Assembly: GCF_004010195.1 (NCBI RefSeq)
Contig: NC_057720.1
Coordinates: forward strand, 30,438,927 to 30,502,735
Direction of reading: 5' to 3'
DNA length: 63,809 nt
DNA from: Chiloscyllium plagiosum
Lineage: Eukaryota
The position numbers and the translations under genes are program-made. Below are positions 39,328 to 50,445 of the stretch, one piece after another; the stretch's first letter is position 1, and each line of letters opens with the position of its first letter. Below the pieces are notes generated by a model, which worked only from the letters and a program-made list of their open reading frames with translations, was not told the origin of the DNA and did not search any database.

Positions 39328-39591
39328 GTCCAGTGATACGTGAGTTTATGAAGTTGTTTGTGTTCATTGGAGCTAACTGGAAAAAACCTGAGCAGGACTG
39401 AGCTGTGTTTAATCTAAACTAGTAGACCAACAGATTTAAAGGAGGTAAAAGCTACAGTGCTGCCTACTGATGAAATTGGAGCAAGACATATCATACTATG
39501 TGATCTTAAATTCGAAGTGAAACTGGTTTACCTGCGCATGTAAGAAAAAGGTACATGTTCCCCTGAAAGTGCACCAACTGGTCAGCTGGTG

Positions 39592-39768
39592 ATGGCAGAA
39601 GATAAGACATTTCGCTATGGCCTCATTGTTCTGGGATTCTTTTTGATCATAGTTGGAATGTTCATAATGAATGTGGATAAGCCTGGGGTCTATGCAACCT
39701 TCTTTTCCATCGGGATTCTGATGATCGTCGTGGGGATTGTCTGGAGCATTTGTCAGTGCTATTCTAAG
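39592..39768 (+). CDS. BSND: Barttin (ClC-K beta subunit) exon 1
   Basis: MAEDKTFRYGLIVLGFFL...VYATFF...GIVWSICQCYSK aligns without gaps to recalled human barttin residues 1-59 (MADEKTFRIGFIVLG...WSMCQCYPK). Donor AAG|GTATGG, phase 0. Confidence 0.97.
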
Positions 39769-41113
39769 GTATGGGAATTAAATAATCCTTTCCAGACAGT
39801 GGCAAGTTTTTAGGGGAATGAACAGAAAGGGGCAGAAGTATTTTCATCACAAGAGACGATAAATGTTGGAGAGAAAACTATTGAGAACAGATACAGAAAG
39901 AATGGGCCAAAAGACAGAAACAATCAGGAAATAGTGAAAGTAAGGTGTTTATTTGACTCCTGTTAAATGGCAATCAATTTTGTTGACACTATTGTTTTTG
40001 GTGCTGAGGGGGGGAATCCATAAAAAATGCTTCTCATTGTTTAGTCAGAATAAAAACGAGGCCAGCATTTATGGTTCCTTGTAAAGATTAAGCTCTTAAA
40101 ACTACTCTCAGATCTTTCACAGAGTTGCTTACAATAATAACAGGGACAGTTATGTAATCCTATTGTTAAAATGGTGCCTCATTTAACCCAGCCTTTCTCT
40201 TAGGACGGCAAAGTTAACTGAAAATATTTTGTGAGGAACCCTGAAAGAAGTCGTCAAATTTCCAGTTTCTGAACAAAACAAGTGGGAACTAACTGCTTTG
40301 TTTTGATTTGAACAAAAACATGTTTTACACCATACACTGTCACAACTTACATTTGTTCGCATTGTCAATGCAACAAAACATCCTGCGTTAAGTATGACTC
40401 TTGACTCCTAATCCTTATCAAAACAATAAACAACAATAAACTAATACAATGTTGCACAATATAGTCAAAGCTACTGTGTGTAAGTCAGATAAATTCTTAT
40501 GAAATGACACTGTAGTTTAACTGCTCCAGCGGAGGTATTAAGTATTCTGGAATGGATGGTCCAAATGTGGCCTTTCTTATCTGTATTTAGTGATCTTGCA
40601 AAATCAAACATAGCGATACTTATGATTAGTTGTAATAATGCTAATATATTCCAGATGTTTTTGCTGCAAGCGTTGATGTAAGAACACTACATCAAGTTCT
40701 GGCGGCTGAGAAGGGAGAGAACAGAAAAACAATTAAAAGACTGACTCCCTACGGCAGAGAAGAAAGAAATGCAACACCATTACTGAAGCAAATTAGAACT
40801 CTTCTTTTTCCAAGAAATAGGATTGCAATTTCTGGAGAGAGTCAGAACAAGTATTACCATTACAACTCTCGATATTAATTACAGTAGAGGGGAACAATAT
40901 CAAATCAAGAATCAAGATTTTCAAAGGGTCACAGGGTCAAGCCTTGGTAACTCAAATTCCTGGAGGTTGTGTCAAGATGCTGAAGTCTCTGCGACAGTCC
41001 CAAATTTTCAATTGGACACTGGGTGGTGGTGAAGGGAGCAGGGAAAGTGCACGTTTCCAAATTTTGCCCCTTCAAAGGTGCTTTTTAAGTGGCTATCTGA
41101 TACAAAATAATCA

Positions 41114-41450
41114 GGCACGGTGGCCCAGTGGTTAGCACTGCTGCCTCACAGCGCCTGTAGACCCGGGTTCAATTCCCGACTCAGGCGACTGACTGTGTGG
41201 AGTTTGCACATTCTCCCCGTGTCTGCGTGGGTTTCCTCCGGGTGCTCCGGTTTCCTCCCACAGTCCAAAGATGTGCGGGTCAGGTGAATTGGCCATGCTA
41301 AATTGCCCGTAGTGTTAGGTTAAAGGGGTAAAGGTAGGGGTATGGGTGGGTTGCGCTTCGGCGGGTCGGTGTGGACTTGTTGGGCCGAAGGGCCTGTTTC
41401 CACACTGTAAGTAATCTGTAAGTAATCTAATCTGTAAGTAATCTAATCTA
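41114..41450 (+). mobile_element. Young HE1-type V-SINE in BSND intron 1
   Basis: Complete A and B boxes, V-core, CpGs retained, tail repeats of ctgtaagtaat(ctaat). Confidence 0.92.
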
Positions 41451-43689
41451 AAAAAATAAGATTTTGATCATGTTTCCTGTCGACGAACTCAATGCTTTAA
41501 TGAACATCAGTGTACAGCTGTTGGCACTCCCCCACTGCTAAAATAACTTGCTTTGCACAGAGTCCAACGAGGGCTGGTCTTAACAGTCACCGACATTTGT
41601 AACAGCATTCCACCTGGAGGAGCTACCTGCTGTAGTCAGCACGATGGTGGCAGTCCCCAATATGGCTGCGTCCATCCTTTGCACTAAGTTTGTGTGGAGC
41701 GGATGATAATTGTCACATTTATGGGAAGCACCAAAATTTGACATAGTATCTCCTATGCATCAGAGGTTCAGAATTTAAGGAAACTTTTAACTTGCTACAT
41801 TTTGGCAGACAGTTACCACTTTTAATAGGGAATGAGAGTCATTGTAACAAAAGTCAAACTAAGCCACAGTGACGCAAACTTATAAGGCCAATATTACAAA
41901 ACTACATAAGCCCCACATCCTGTATTTTTCAAAATTAACTGCAAAGTCTCAGTGTATATTCAAATAGTAATTCATTTTTTCCATGTGTAAGATGCTCAAT
42001 GCAAAGAGTAATTAACTTAGTAAAAACATTTTTCAATATATCAGGGGTGCTATAGAAATAGTTCATGCATGTTAGTCTGAAAAATGTGATTGCTACATTC
42101 TGTAATAAGTTATCATTAGTGGGAGAAGAAGCTGTTGCTTGCAGGATAGTTACCTGTTGAATTAATTGAATGAAGAAATATGAGCTGATGAATATATTAG
42201 TAGAAAATTCCCAGTGCAGGGATACAATATTATGACAGTTATTTGGTTCAGTGAAGATGCAAGATACTCCATGGTAAATCACAGGGAAGTATAAACAGCA
42301 GTAAGAGTAAATAGTAAGGTTTATTATCATACTACAACAAAAACAAGTTGTAATTTTGGGCGATGTGAAAAATGATTATCACTGTGGCAAGTATAATGCA
42401 TTAGTGACATTAATATGTGACATTAGAACCAAGCACACATGATACAAGATGAATCTCATATTTTTCAATAGTTAAGGTAAATACCAGTTTAAGGAATAAT
42501 TGACATATGAAAAAGCCACTGTTATTCAGTAATGATATGGAGCATAAACAACAGAAAAGCAGTTTGCTTTGTAAACAGAATAAAATCAAGACACATCATT
42601 GAAAAGGGATCAAAGCAAATTGCATTGAATGACATTTCTACAAATAGTCATTCTTAATGAGACAATTAATTCATTAAAGTTCTGGCCAAATAGTTCAAAG
42701 TTTAATTTAACCCCAAGGTGTTATAGAATTCAGGATATGCTAAAGGTCTTTAGTACCTACATTGATTATTCAGCTGGGTTCCGCTTGCTACTCTGTTGAC
42801 CTTTCCTCATCATTACTGCCACAAGATTGGCATCTACTTGACACTTTCCAAAGTATGTGAAGTGCACTAAAAGCAAGACAAATCCAACTTGGCCAATTAC
42901 AGTCTATCTTCAATCATCAGCAAGGGGAGGGAAGGGGCTATCAACAGTGCTATTAAGCAGCACTTATAAAGGAATAACCTGCTCACTGACACTTGGTTTT
43001 GTTGTCAGGGAAAAGTATACTTAGCTCAAGACATAATCATAACCTTGTAACAAACATCAATAAGAAAGCTAAAAGCTCAAAAGGTGAGAAAAAAATATCT
43101 TTCCATCCAGAAGTTGGTGGGAATCTGGAATTCCCTGTCTGAACGAGTTGTGGAAGCAGAAAAGGTGTCCACATCCACCAAAGTTTATTTCCTTCACCAC
43201 TGACACTCAGGAGCAGCAGTTTGTACCATCTACAAAATCCAAAGCAGAAATTCACTCTGGCTGCTCATACAGTATATTCTAAACCCACAACCATTCCACC
43301 TACAAAGACAAAAGCAGCAGATCCATAGGATTACCTTCACTGGTAGATTCTCCTCCAAGTCACTCACCTTCCTGACTTTAGAATTCGAATTCAAATTGTC
43401 TTCATTGTCACATGTACCCGCATGAGTACATTTAAAGTTTACAAAGTCAATGCCTATGGCGCCATCTTAGGTACAAAGATACCTAGGTACAGATTCTTAT
43501 GAATAACTTAGAAACATAAAGAAATAAAATGTCCAGTATTACAAACCTTCATGCCACCTTAGGTACGAACGTTTTATAGGTACAAAATCTTAGGAATACA
43601 TTAGATGAATAAAGGCATAAAAGTTCAGAATTTACAGTCCTTCCAAGCAGGGAATATGGAGCAGACGGGTCCTTGCCGGCAGACCGCGC

Positions 43690-44905
43690 GGGGCTTCACC
43701 TCAAGGCTGTCGAGGCCAGGAGGCCACTCTGGATCCACCTCAAAGCTGGGAATCTGAGCTAGCTTCATCCTCAAGGCTGGGAGTCCGCACTGGCTTCACC
43801 TTGAGGACAGGAGTCCACACTGGCTTCACTTCAAGGCTGGGCGTCTGCACTGGCTTCACCTCAAGGACAGGAGTCCGCAATGGGCTGAGAAGTGGCAGAT
43901 GGAGTTTAATTTAGGTCAGTGTGAGGTGCTGCATTTTGGGAAAGCAAATCTTAGCAGGACTTCTGCACTTAATAGTAAGGTCCTGGGGATTTTTGCTGAA
44001 CAAAGAGAGCTTGGAGTGCAGGTTCATACCTCCTTGAAAGTGGAGTCACAGGTAGATAGGATAGTGAAGAAGGCGTTTGGTATGCTTTCCTTTATTGGTC
44101 TGAGTATTGAGTACAGGAATTGGGAGGTCATGTTGTGACTGTATAGGACATTAGTTCAGCCACTGTTGGAATATTGCGTGCAATTCTGGTCTCCTTCTTA
44201 TTGGAAGGATGTTGTGAAACTTGAAAGGGTTCAGAAAACATTTACAAGAATGTTGCCAAGCTTGGAGGATTTGAGTTATCGAGAGTGGCTGAATAGGCTG
44301 GGGCTGTTTTCCCTGGAGCGTCAGAGGCTGAGGGGTGACCTTATAGAGGTTTGTAAAATCATGAGAGCATGGATAGGATAAGTAGACAAAGTCTTTTGCC
44401 TAGGGTGGGGGAGTCCAGAACTAGAGGGCATAGGTTTAGGGTGAGAGGGGAAAGATATAAAAGGGACTAAAGGGATAGCATTTTCATTCAGAGGGTTGTA
44501 TTTGTATGGAATGAGCTGCCATAGAAGTGGTGGATGCTGGTACAATTGCAACATTTAAAAGGCATCTGGAAGGGTATATGAAAAGGAAGGGTTTGGAGGG
44601 ATATGGGCTGGGTGCTGTCAGGTGGGACTAGATTGGGTTGGGATATCTGGTTAGCATGGACGGTTTGGACTGAAGGGTCTGTTTCCATGCTGTACATCTC
44701 TATGACGCTATGACAGACTTCACCTCGAGGACAGGAGTCCCTCTGGCTTCATCCTTGAGGCTGAGAGTCCGCACCAACTTCACCTCGAGGCTGGGTGTCT
44801 GCACTAACTTCACCTCGAGGCTGGGAGTCTGCACTAACTTCACCTCGAGGCTGGGAGTCTGCACTGGCTTCACCTTGAGGACAGGATTCCTTGCTGGCTT
44901 CACCC
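43690..44905. repeat. 30-bp minisatellite split by a CR1 insertion
   Basis: Unit approximately cttcacctcgaggctgggagtctgcactgg; about 6 copies at 43690-43879 and about 6 at 44716-44905. Confidence 0.9.
43879..44715 (+). mobile_element. CR1 LINE 3' part
   Basis: MEFNLGQCEVLHFG...EYCVQFWSP; ctatgac tail. Confidence 0.93.
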
Positions 44906-45921
44906 CGGATATCACCGATGTAGCCTGAGGAGGGGAGGTAAGAAGAAAGAACCTACAAAAAATGTTATCATTCCTTCAGTGTCACTGGGTTAAACTGCTA
45001 GAACCCCCTTTCTAAAAGCATTGTCAATCTACCTTCACCAAGAGGACTGCAGTGGTTCAAATAGTCTGTCCACCATTATCTTCTCAATGTCAACTGGAGG
45101 TGGACCATAAATGCTGGCATTGTTTGTCCACTTCCGTGAATAATTTTTAAAAAATGTACACATTTGCTCACATTTACGACAGTCGAGGTAGACAGCTCTG
45201 CAGAAGTATCATAGATGAAAAACATCAGCAAAAAAAGAACAAGTTCTGTGGATCAAGAGTCCAAACCACAACTGTGGGATGAGATGACTTTCACACCATT
45301 CTCTTGGCCATTGGTAGTGATATCATATTGGTGTCTGTAGAATGGTAGAAAATCCTCAGTCAAGTCAGTTGGACCTAGGTCTTTGCTTCTGTTCTAAGTT
45401 CCACTTTTCAGGTTACAGTACTTGAAACGTCGGCTTTTTTGGTCTATTCACAGGGTGTGAAAAAGAGAGAGACTTATCTTGGCTTGCAGGCTTTCCATAT
45501 GTCTGACTGCAACTGCCTTCTCTTAGTTCTGTGACGAACTCCAACTTTAGGATTGAAAAGCTTTCTCAGGGCAGCTTTTCAACCCAAAGGCGGCTGATGA
45601 CAGCCGATCTCAATAGTTCTCTTTTAAATGCAGCATCCCCAAAAATGACATGATCTTGTGTAACTGAAAGGTTATTATCCCATAGTTCCATTTTAGACCT
45701 TGGCATAGTGAGTAAACACATCAAGTATGGTCTCTGCAACACAGCAGGACCCAAATTTCCATTTTGCATCTTTATATCCAGAAGTTATGTGTTATCCCAT
45801 CCTATCGTATTTTCATCCAAAATACAGAAATAATAGTAAAATCAGGTGCAGAATATCCTGCAGAATAGTTCCACCAATTCACCCATAATGCAGGCAGATT
45901 AAGACATTGTAGAGTTTTTAT

Positions 45922-46180
45922 TATTCATTCATGGGATGAGGATGTCACTGGCTGGGCCAGCATTTATTGTCCATCCTAAGTGCCCAGAGGGCAGTTAAGA
46001 GTCAACCACATTGCTCTGGGTCTGGAGTCATATGTAGACCAGACTGGGTAAGGATGGCAGTTTCCTTTCCCGAAGAACATTAGTGATTCAGATAGGCTTT
46101 GCCAACAATCGACAATGATCTATGGTCATCTGTAGACTCTTAATTCCAGACTTTTTTTGTTGAATTCAAATTCCACTATT
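45922..46180 (-). mobile_element. tRNA-derived shark SINE, 3' part
   Basis: attcattcatgggatgagg...gttaagagtcaaccacattgct. Confidence 0.75.
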
Positions 46181-47034
46181 TACCAGGGCAGAGTTCTTTC
46201 TTTTCTACCAATATGCAACCTTCTTCATACTTTTACAGAAATACACACACGACTAATCCTACATAATGCTGTTTGGGTAAGAAGGATCACAGATCAGTAT
46301 CTTGTACTGTGGCTCCCCTCACAGCAATTGCATACACAACTCTAAATTAATTTATACCCATTCCTTAACCAAAAGCCTAACTTTGTTCATTCAATCAACA
46401 ACATGATGCAAACGCCTACCACAGACTGGACACTCAATGTTAGGTACCATCACTCACTTTAAGGAGACAGCTCTGTAGATTGAGAGAGGCACTAAACTCA
46501 CCCTGGGATCTGACAAGATTGGCAATACTTTACTGGTGCAAGGGCACTGCTTAAACATCTGTGTCATCCTTGAGAAGCACCACAAAACCACAACTTTCCA
46601 TTCATTTCTGTCTTCTTAATCCCAAGACGGTAATGTTCACCAATTGCTAGCTTCCATCCTTCTTTCTCAAGGTCAACATAGCAATGTGTGGTACAGGAGG
46701 AAGAACATTTTTGTCAAGTAGTTAATGAGAAGCATGACACCCAGGAATGGGAGCTGGATAATATTGTTTCCCAGAACAGTAGAATGCGCCAGTGATTCAG
46801 CTTTTCCCCTCATTACACAGAGCTAATATGTTACAAGAAAGTTTAACTGGTTCAGGACAGGTCAGTTCAATCTTGTACATTGTCATATATATTCTCAAAA
46901 GTTGAATGTATTTGATGTGCACAATTTTCCATCTATAGTGAGCTAAAGGGTGAACGTTTTCTCATTTAATGGCAACATTAGTTTACAGTGGATTTTTAAA
47001 ATGTAATTTTCTAATAGACAGACTTCTTTTATAG

Positions 47035-47138
47035 GCGACCCATATTCCACCTATCAAGTCAGAAACAGAGCACCTATTTCCAGAAAAACAGCAGCTTCCA
47101 GGCTCCATATCAGAGCGTGAGGTTCCTCTCAAGTCAAG
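47035..47138 (+). CDS. BSND: Barttin exon 2 (not in the ORF track)
   Basis: cttcttttatAG|GCG...TCA AG|GTAATT; 104 nt open frame ATHIPPIKSETEHLFPEKQQLPGSISEREVPLKS. Phase 0 in and phase 2 out, which joins exons 1 and 3 in frame. Sequence similarity to human is weak. Confidence 0.8.
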
Positions 47139-49279
47139 GTAATTGATCCTAAATCTTGAGTTATAAATGTTGAAATGTTTCAGGTGGTAAGATGTGCAAT
47201 TCTCTACACAGTCCTGATCTTATTGAAATTATTCAAGAATTTGTATAAATGAGCTGAGAGTGTGGTGCTGAAAAGGCACTGCAGGTCAGGCAGCATTCCA
47301 AGGGGCAGGAGTCATAGTCATAGAGATGTACAGCATGGAAACAGACCCTTTGGTCCAACTTATCCATGCTGACCAGATAGTCCAAACTAATCTAGTCTCA
47401 TTTGCTAGCACTTGGCCCATATCCCTCCAAACCCTTCCTATTCATATACACATCCAGATGTCTTTTAAATGTTGCAATTGTACTAGCCTCCATGGCTGCC
47501 TTGGGCAGCTCATGCCATATAGGCAACACCCTCTGCATGATAAAGTTGTCTCTTAGGTCCCTCTTATATCTTGTCCCTCTCACCCTAAACGTATGCCCTC
47601 TAGTTCTGGACACCCCCACCCCAGGGAAAAGACATTGTCTATTTACCCTATCCATGCCCCTCATGATTTTATAAACCTCTATAAGGTCACCCCTCAGCCT
47701 CTGACGCTCCAGGGAAAACAGCCCCAACCTAGTCAGCCTCTCCCTACAGCTAAAATTCTCCAACCCTGAGCACATTCTTGTAAATCTTTTCTGAACTCTT
47801 TCAAACTTCACAACATCCTTCCAATAGGAACGAGACCAGAATTGCACGCAATATTCCAAAAGTGGCCAAATAATGTCCTGTACAGCTGCAACATAACCTC
47901 CCAATTTGTATACTCAATGCTCTGACCACAAAGGAAAGCATATCAAATGCCTTCTTCACTATCCTATCTACCTGCGACTCTACTTTCAAGGAGCTATGAC
48001 CCTGCACTCCAAGGTCTCTTTGTTCAGCAACACTCCCTAGGACCTTCCCATTAAGTGTATAAGTCCAGCTAAGATTTGCTTTCCCAAAATGCAGCACCTC
48101 ACATTTATCTAAATGAAACTCCAACTGCCATTTCTCAGCCCATTGGCTCTTCTGATCAAGATCCCGTTGTTATTTGAGGTAACCTTCTTCGCTGTCCACT
48201 ACATCTCCAATTTTGATGTCATCTGCTAACTTATAACTATACCTCCTGTGTTCATATCCAAATCATTTATGTAAATGACGAAAAGTAGAGGACCCATTCC
48301 ACTGGTCACAGACCTCCAGTCTGAAAAACAACCCTCCACCACCACCCTCTGTCTTCTACCTTAGAGCCAGTTCTGTATCCAAATGGCTACTTCTCCCTGT
48401 ATTCTATGAGATCTAACCTTGCTAATCAGTCTCCAATGGGGAACTTTGTCGAACGCCTTACTGAAGTCCATATAGATCACGTCCACTGCTCTGCCCTCAT
48501 CAATCCTCTTTGTTACTTTTTCAAAAAACTTAATCAACTTCATGAGACATGATTTCCCAAGTTCAAAGCTATGTTGTCTATCTCTAATCACTCTTTGTCT
48601 TTCCAAATACATGTACATCCTGTCCCTCAGGATCCCTCCAACAACTCGCCCACCACCAATGTCAGGCTCACTGGTCTATAGGTCCCTGGCTTGTCCTTAC
48701 CACCCTTCTTAAATAATAGTACCATGTTAGCCAATCTCCAGTCTTTTGGCACCTTACCTGTAACTATCAATAATATAAATATCTCAGCAATGGGCCCAGC
48801 AATCCCTTCCCTAGCTTCCCACAAAGTTCAAAGGGACGCCTGATGAGGTCCTGGGGATTTTTCCACTTTTATGCGTTTCAAGACATCCAGAACTTCCTCC
48901 TCTGTAATCTTTCAAGGTGTCAACATCTATTTCCCCACATTCTATATCTTCCATATCCTTTTCCATAGTAAACACTGATGCAAAGTACTTGTTTAGCATC
49001 TCCTCCATCTCCTGTGGCTCCAAAAAAAGGACACCTTGCTGATCTTTGAGGGGCCCTATTCGCTCCCTAGTTATCCTTTTGTCCTCTTTAACCCTATTTG
49101 CCAAAGCTATCTCATGTCCCCTTTTTGCCTCCTGAGTTCCCTCTTACGTTTACTCCTACTGCCTTTATACTCTTCTAAGGATTCACTCGAACTCTGCTGT
49201 CTATATCAGACATATGCTTCCTTCTTTTTCTGAACCAAACCCTCAATTTCTCTAGTCACCCAGCATTCCCTACACCTTA

Positions 49280-49807
49280 NNNNNNNNNNNNNNNNNNNNN
49301 NNNNNNNNNNNNNNNNNNNNNNNNNNNNNNNNNNNNNNNNNNNNNNNNNNNNNNNNNNNNNNNNNNNNNNNNNNNNNNNNNNNNNNNNNNNNNNNNNNNN
49401 NNNNNNNNNNNNNNNNNNNNNNNNNNNNNNNNNNNNNNNNNNNNNNNNNNNNNNNNNNNNNNNNNNNNNNNNNNNNNNNNNNNNNNNNNNNNNNNNNNNN
49501 NNNNNNNNNNNNNNNNNNNNNNNNNNNNNNNNNNNNNNNNNNNNNNNNNNNNNNNNNNNNNNNNNNNNNNNNNNNNNNNNNNNNNNNNNNNNNNNNNNNN
49601 NNNNNNNNNNNNNNNNNNNNNNNNNNNNNNNNNNNNNNNNNNNNNNNNNNNNNNNNNNNNNNNNNNNNNNNNNNNNNNNNNNNNNNNNNNNNNNNNNNNN
49701 NNNNNNNNNNNNNNNNNNNNNNNNNNNNNNNNNNNNNNNNNNNNNNNNNNNNNNNNNNNNNNNNNNNNNNNNNNNNNNNNNNNNNNNNNNNNNNNNNNNN
49801 NNNNNNN
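49280..49807. other. Assembly gap (528 N)
   Basis: Run of N. Confidence 1.
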
Positions 49808-50149
49808 GGTGATCATCACTTTCTTATTTCTCAGTTCCACCCAAATAACTTCCCTGGACGTATTTCTGGGAATATCCTCCCTCAGCATAGCTGTAATGCT
49901 ATCCCTTATCAAAAATGCCACTCAACCTCCTCTCTTGCCTTCCTTTCTATCCTTTCTGTAGCATTTGTACCCTGGAACATTAACCTGCCACTCCTGTCCA
50001 TCCCTGAGCCATGTTTCTGTAATTGCTATGATATCCCAGTCTCATGTTCCTAACCATGCCCTGAGTTCATCTGCCTTCCCTGTTAGGCCCTTTGCATTGA
50101 AATAAATGCAGTTTCATTTATCAGTCCCACCTTGTTCTCTGCTTTGTTC

Positions 50150-50445
50150 CTGCCTGCCCTGACTGTTTGACTCGCTTCTTTTCTCAACTGTACCATTCTC
50201 AGATTGATCTCTTTCCTGGCAATCTCCATGGGTCCCAACCCCCTGCCCTTTCTACTTCAAATCCTCCTGAGCAGCTTTAGTAAATCTCCCTGCCAGTCTG
50301 CCTGCCCTGACTGTTTGACTCGCTTCTTTTCTCAACTGTACCATTCTCAGATTGATCTCTTTCCTGGCAATCTCCATGGGTCCCAACCCCCTGCCCTTTC
50401 TACTTCAAATCCTCCTGAGCAGCTTTAGTAAATCTCCCTGCCAGT
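50150..50445. repeat. Exact 148-bp tandem duplication inside the CR1
   Basis: 50150-50297 equals 50298-50445; identical ORFs start at 50204 and 50352. Confidence 0.95.

Larger units (their letters stand above)
43381..44960 (-). mobile_element. Minisatellite-bearing non-autonomous element with a Rex-type 3' tail
   Basis: Starts gaattcgaattc...cattgtcacatgtacc, resembling the Rex tails at 1925 and 22110; splits an older LINE 3' region into colinear halves. Confidence 0.55.

Noticed and set aside
40655..40800. Alternative BSND exon 2 after atattccAG
   Set aside because: The phase-0 frame hits TAA at 40679 and shows no barttin similarity; 47035-47138 fits both phases.
41114..41190. tRNA gene
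   Set aside because: The A and B boxes are the head of an HE1-type SINE and continue into the V-core and LINE-derived tail.
43690..44905. 30-bp repeats as a CRISPR array or a repeat-protein gene (ORFs 44700-44915 and 44710-44928)
   Set aside because: Units are head-to-tail with no unique spacers and no cas genes, in a vertebrate context; the ORFs simply follow from a unit length divisible by three.
49277..49921. 214-aa ORF
   Set aside because: Mostly translated N gap; the real part is CR1 endonuclease.
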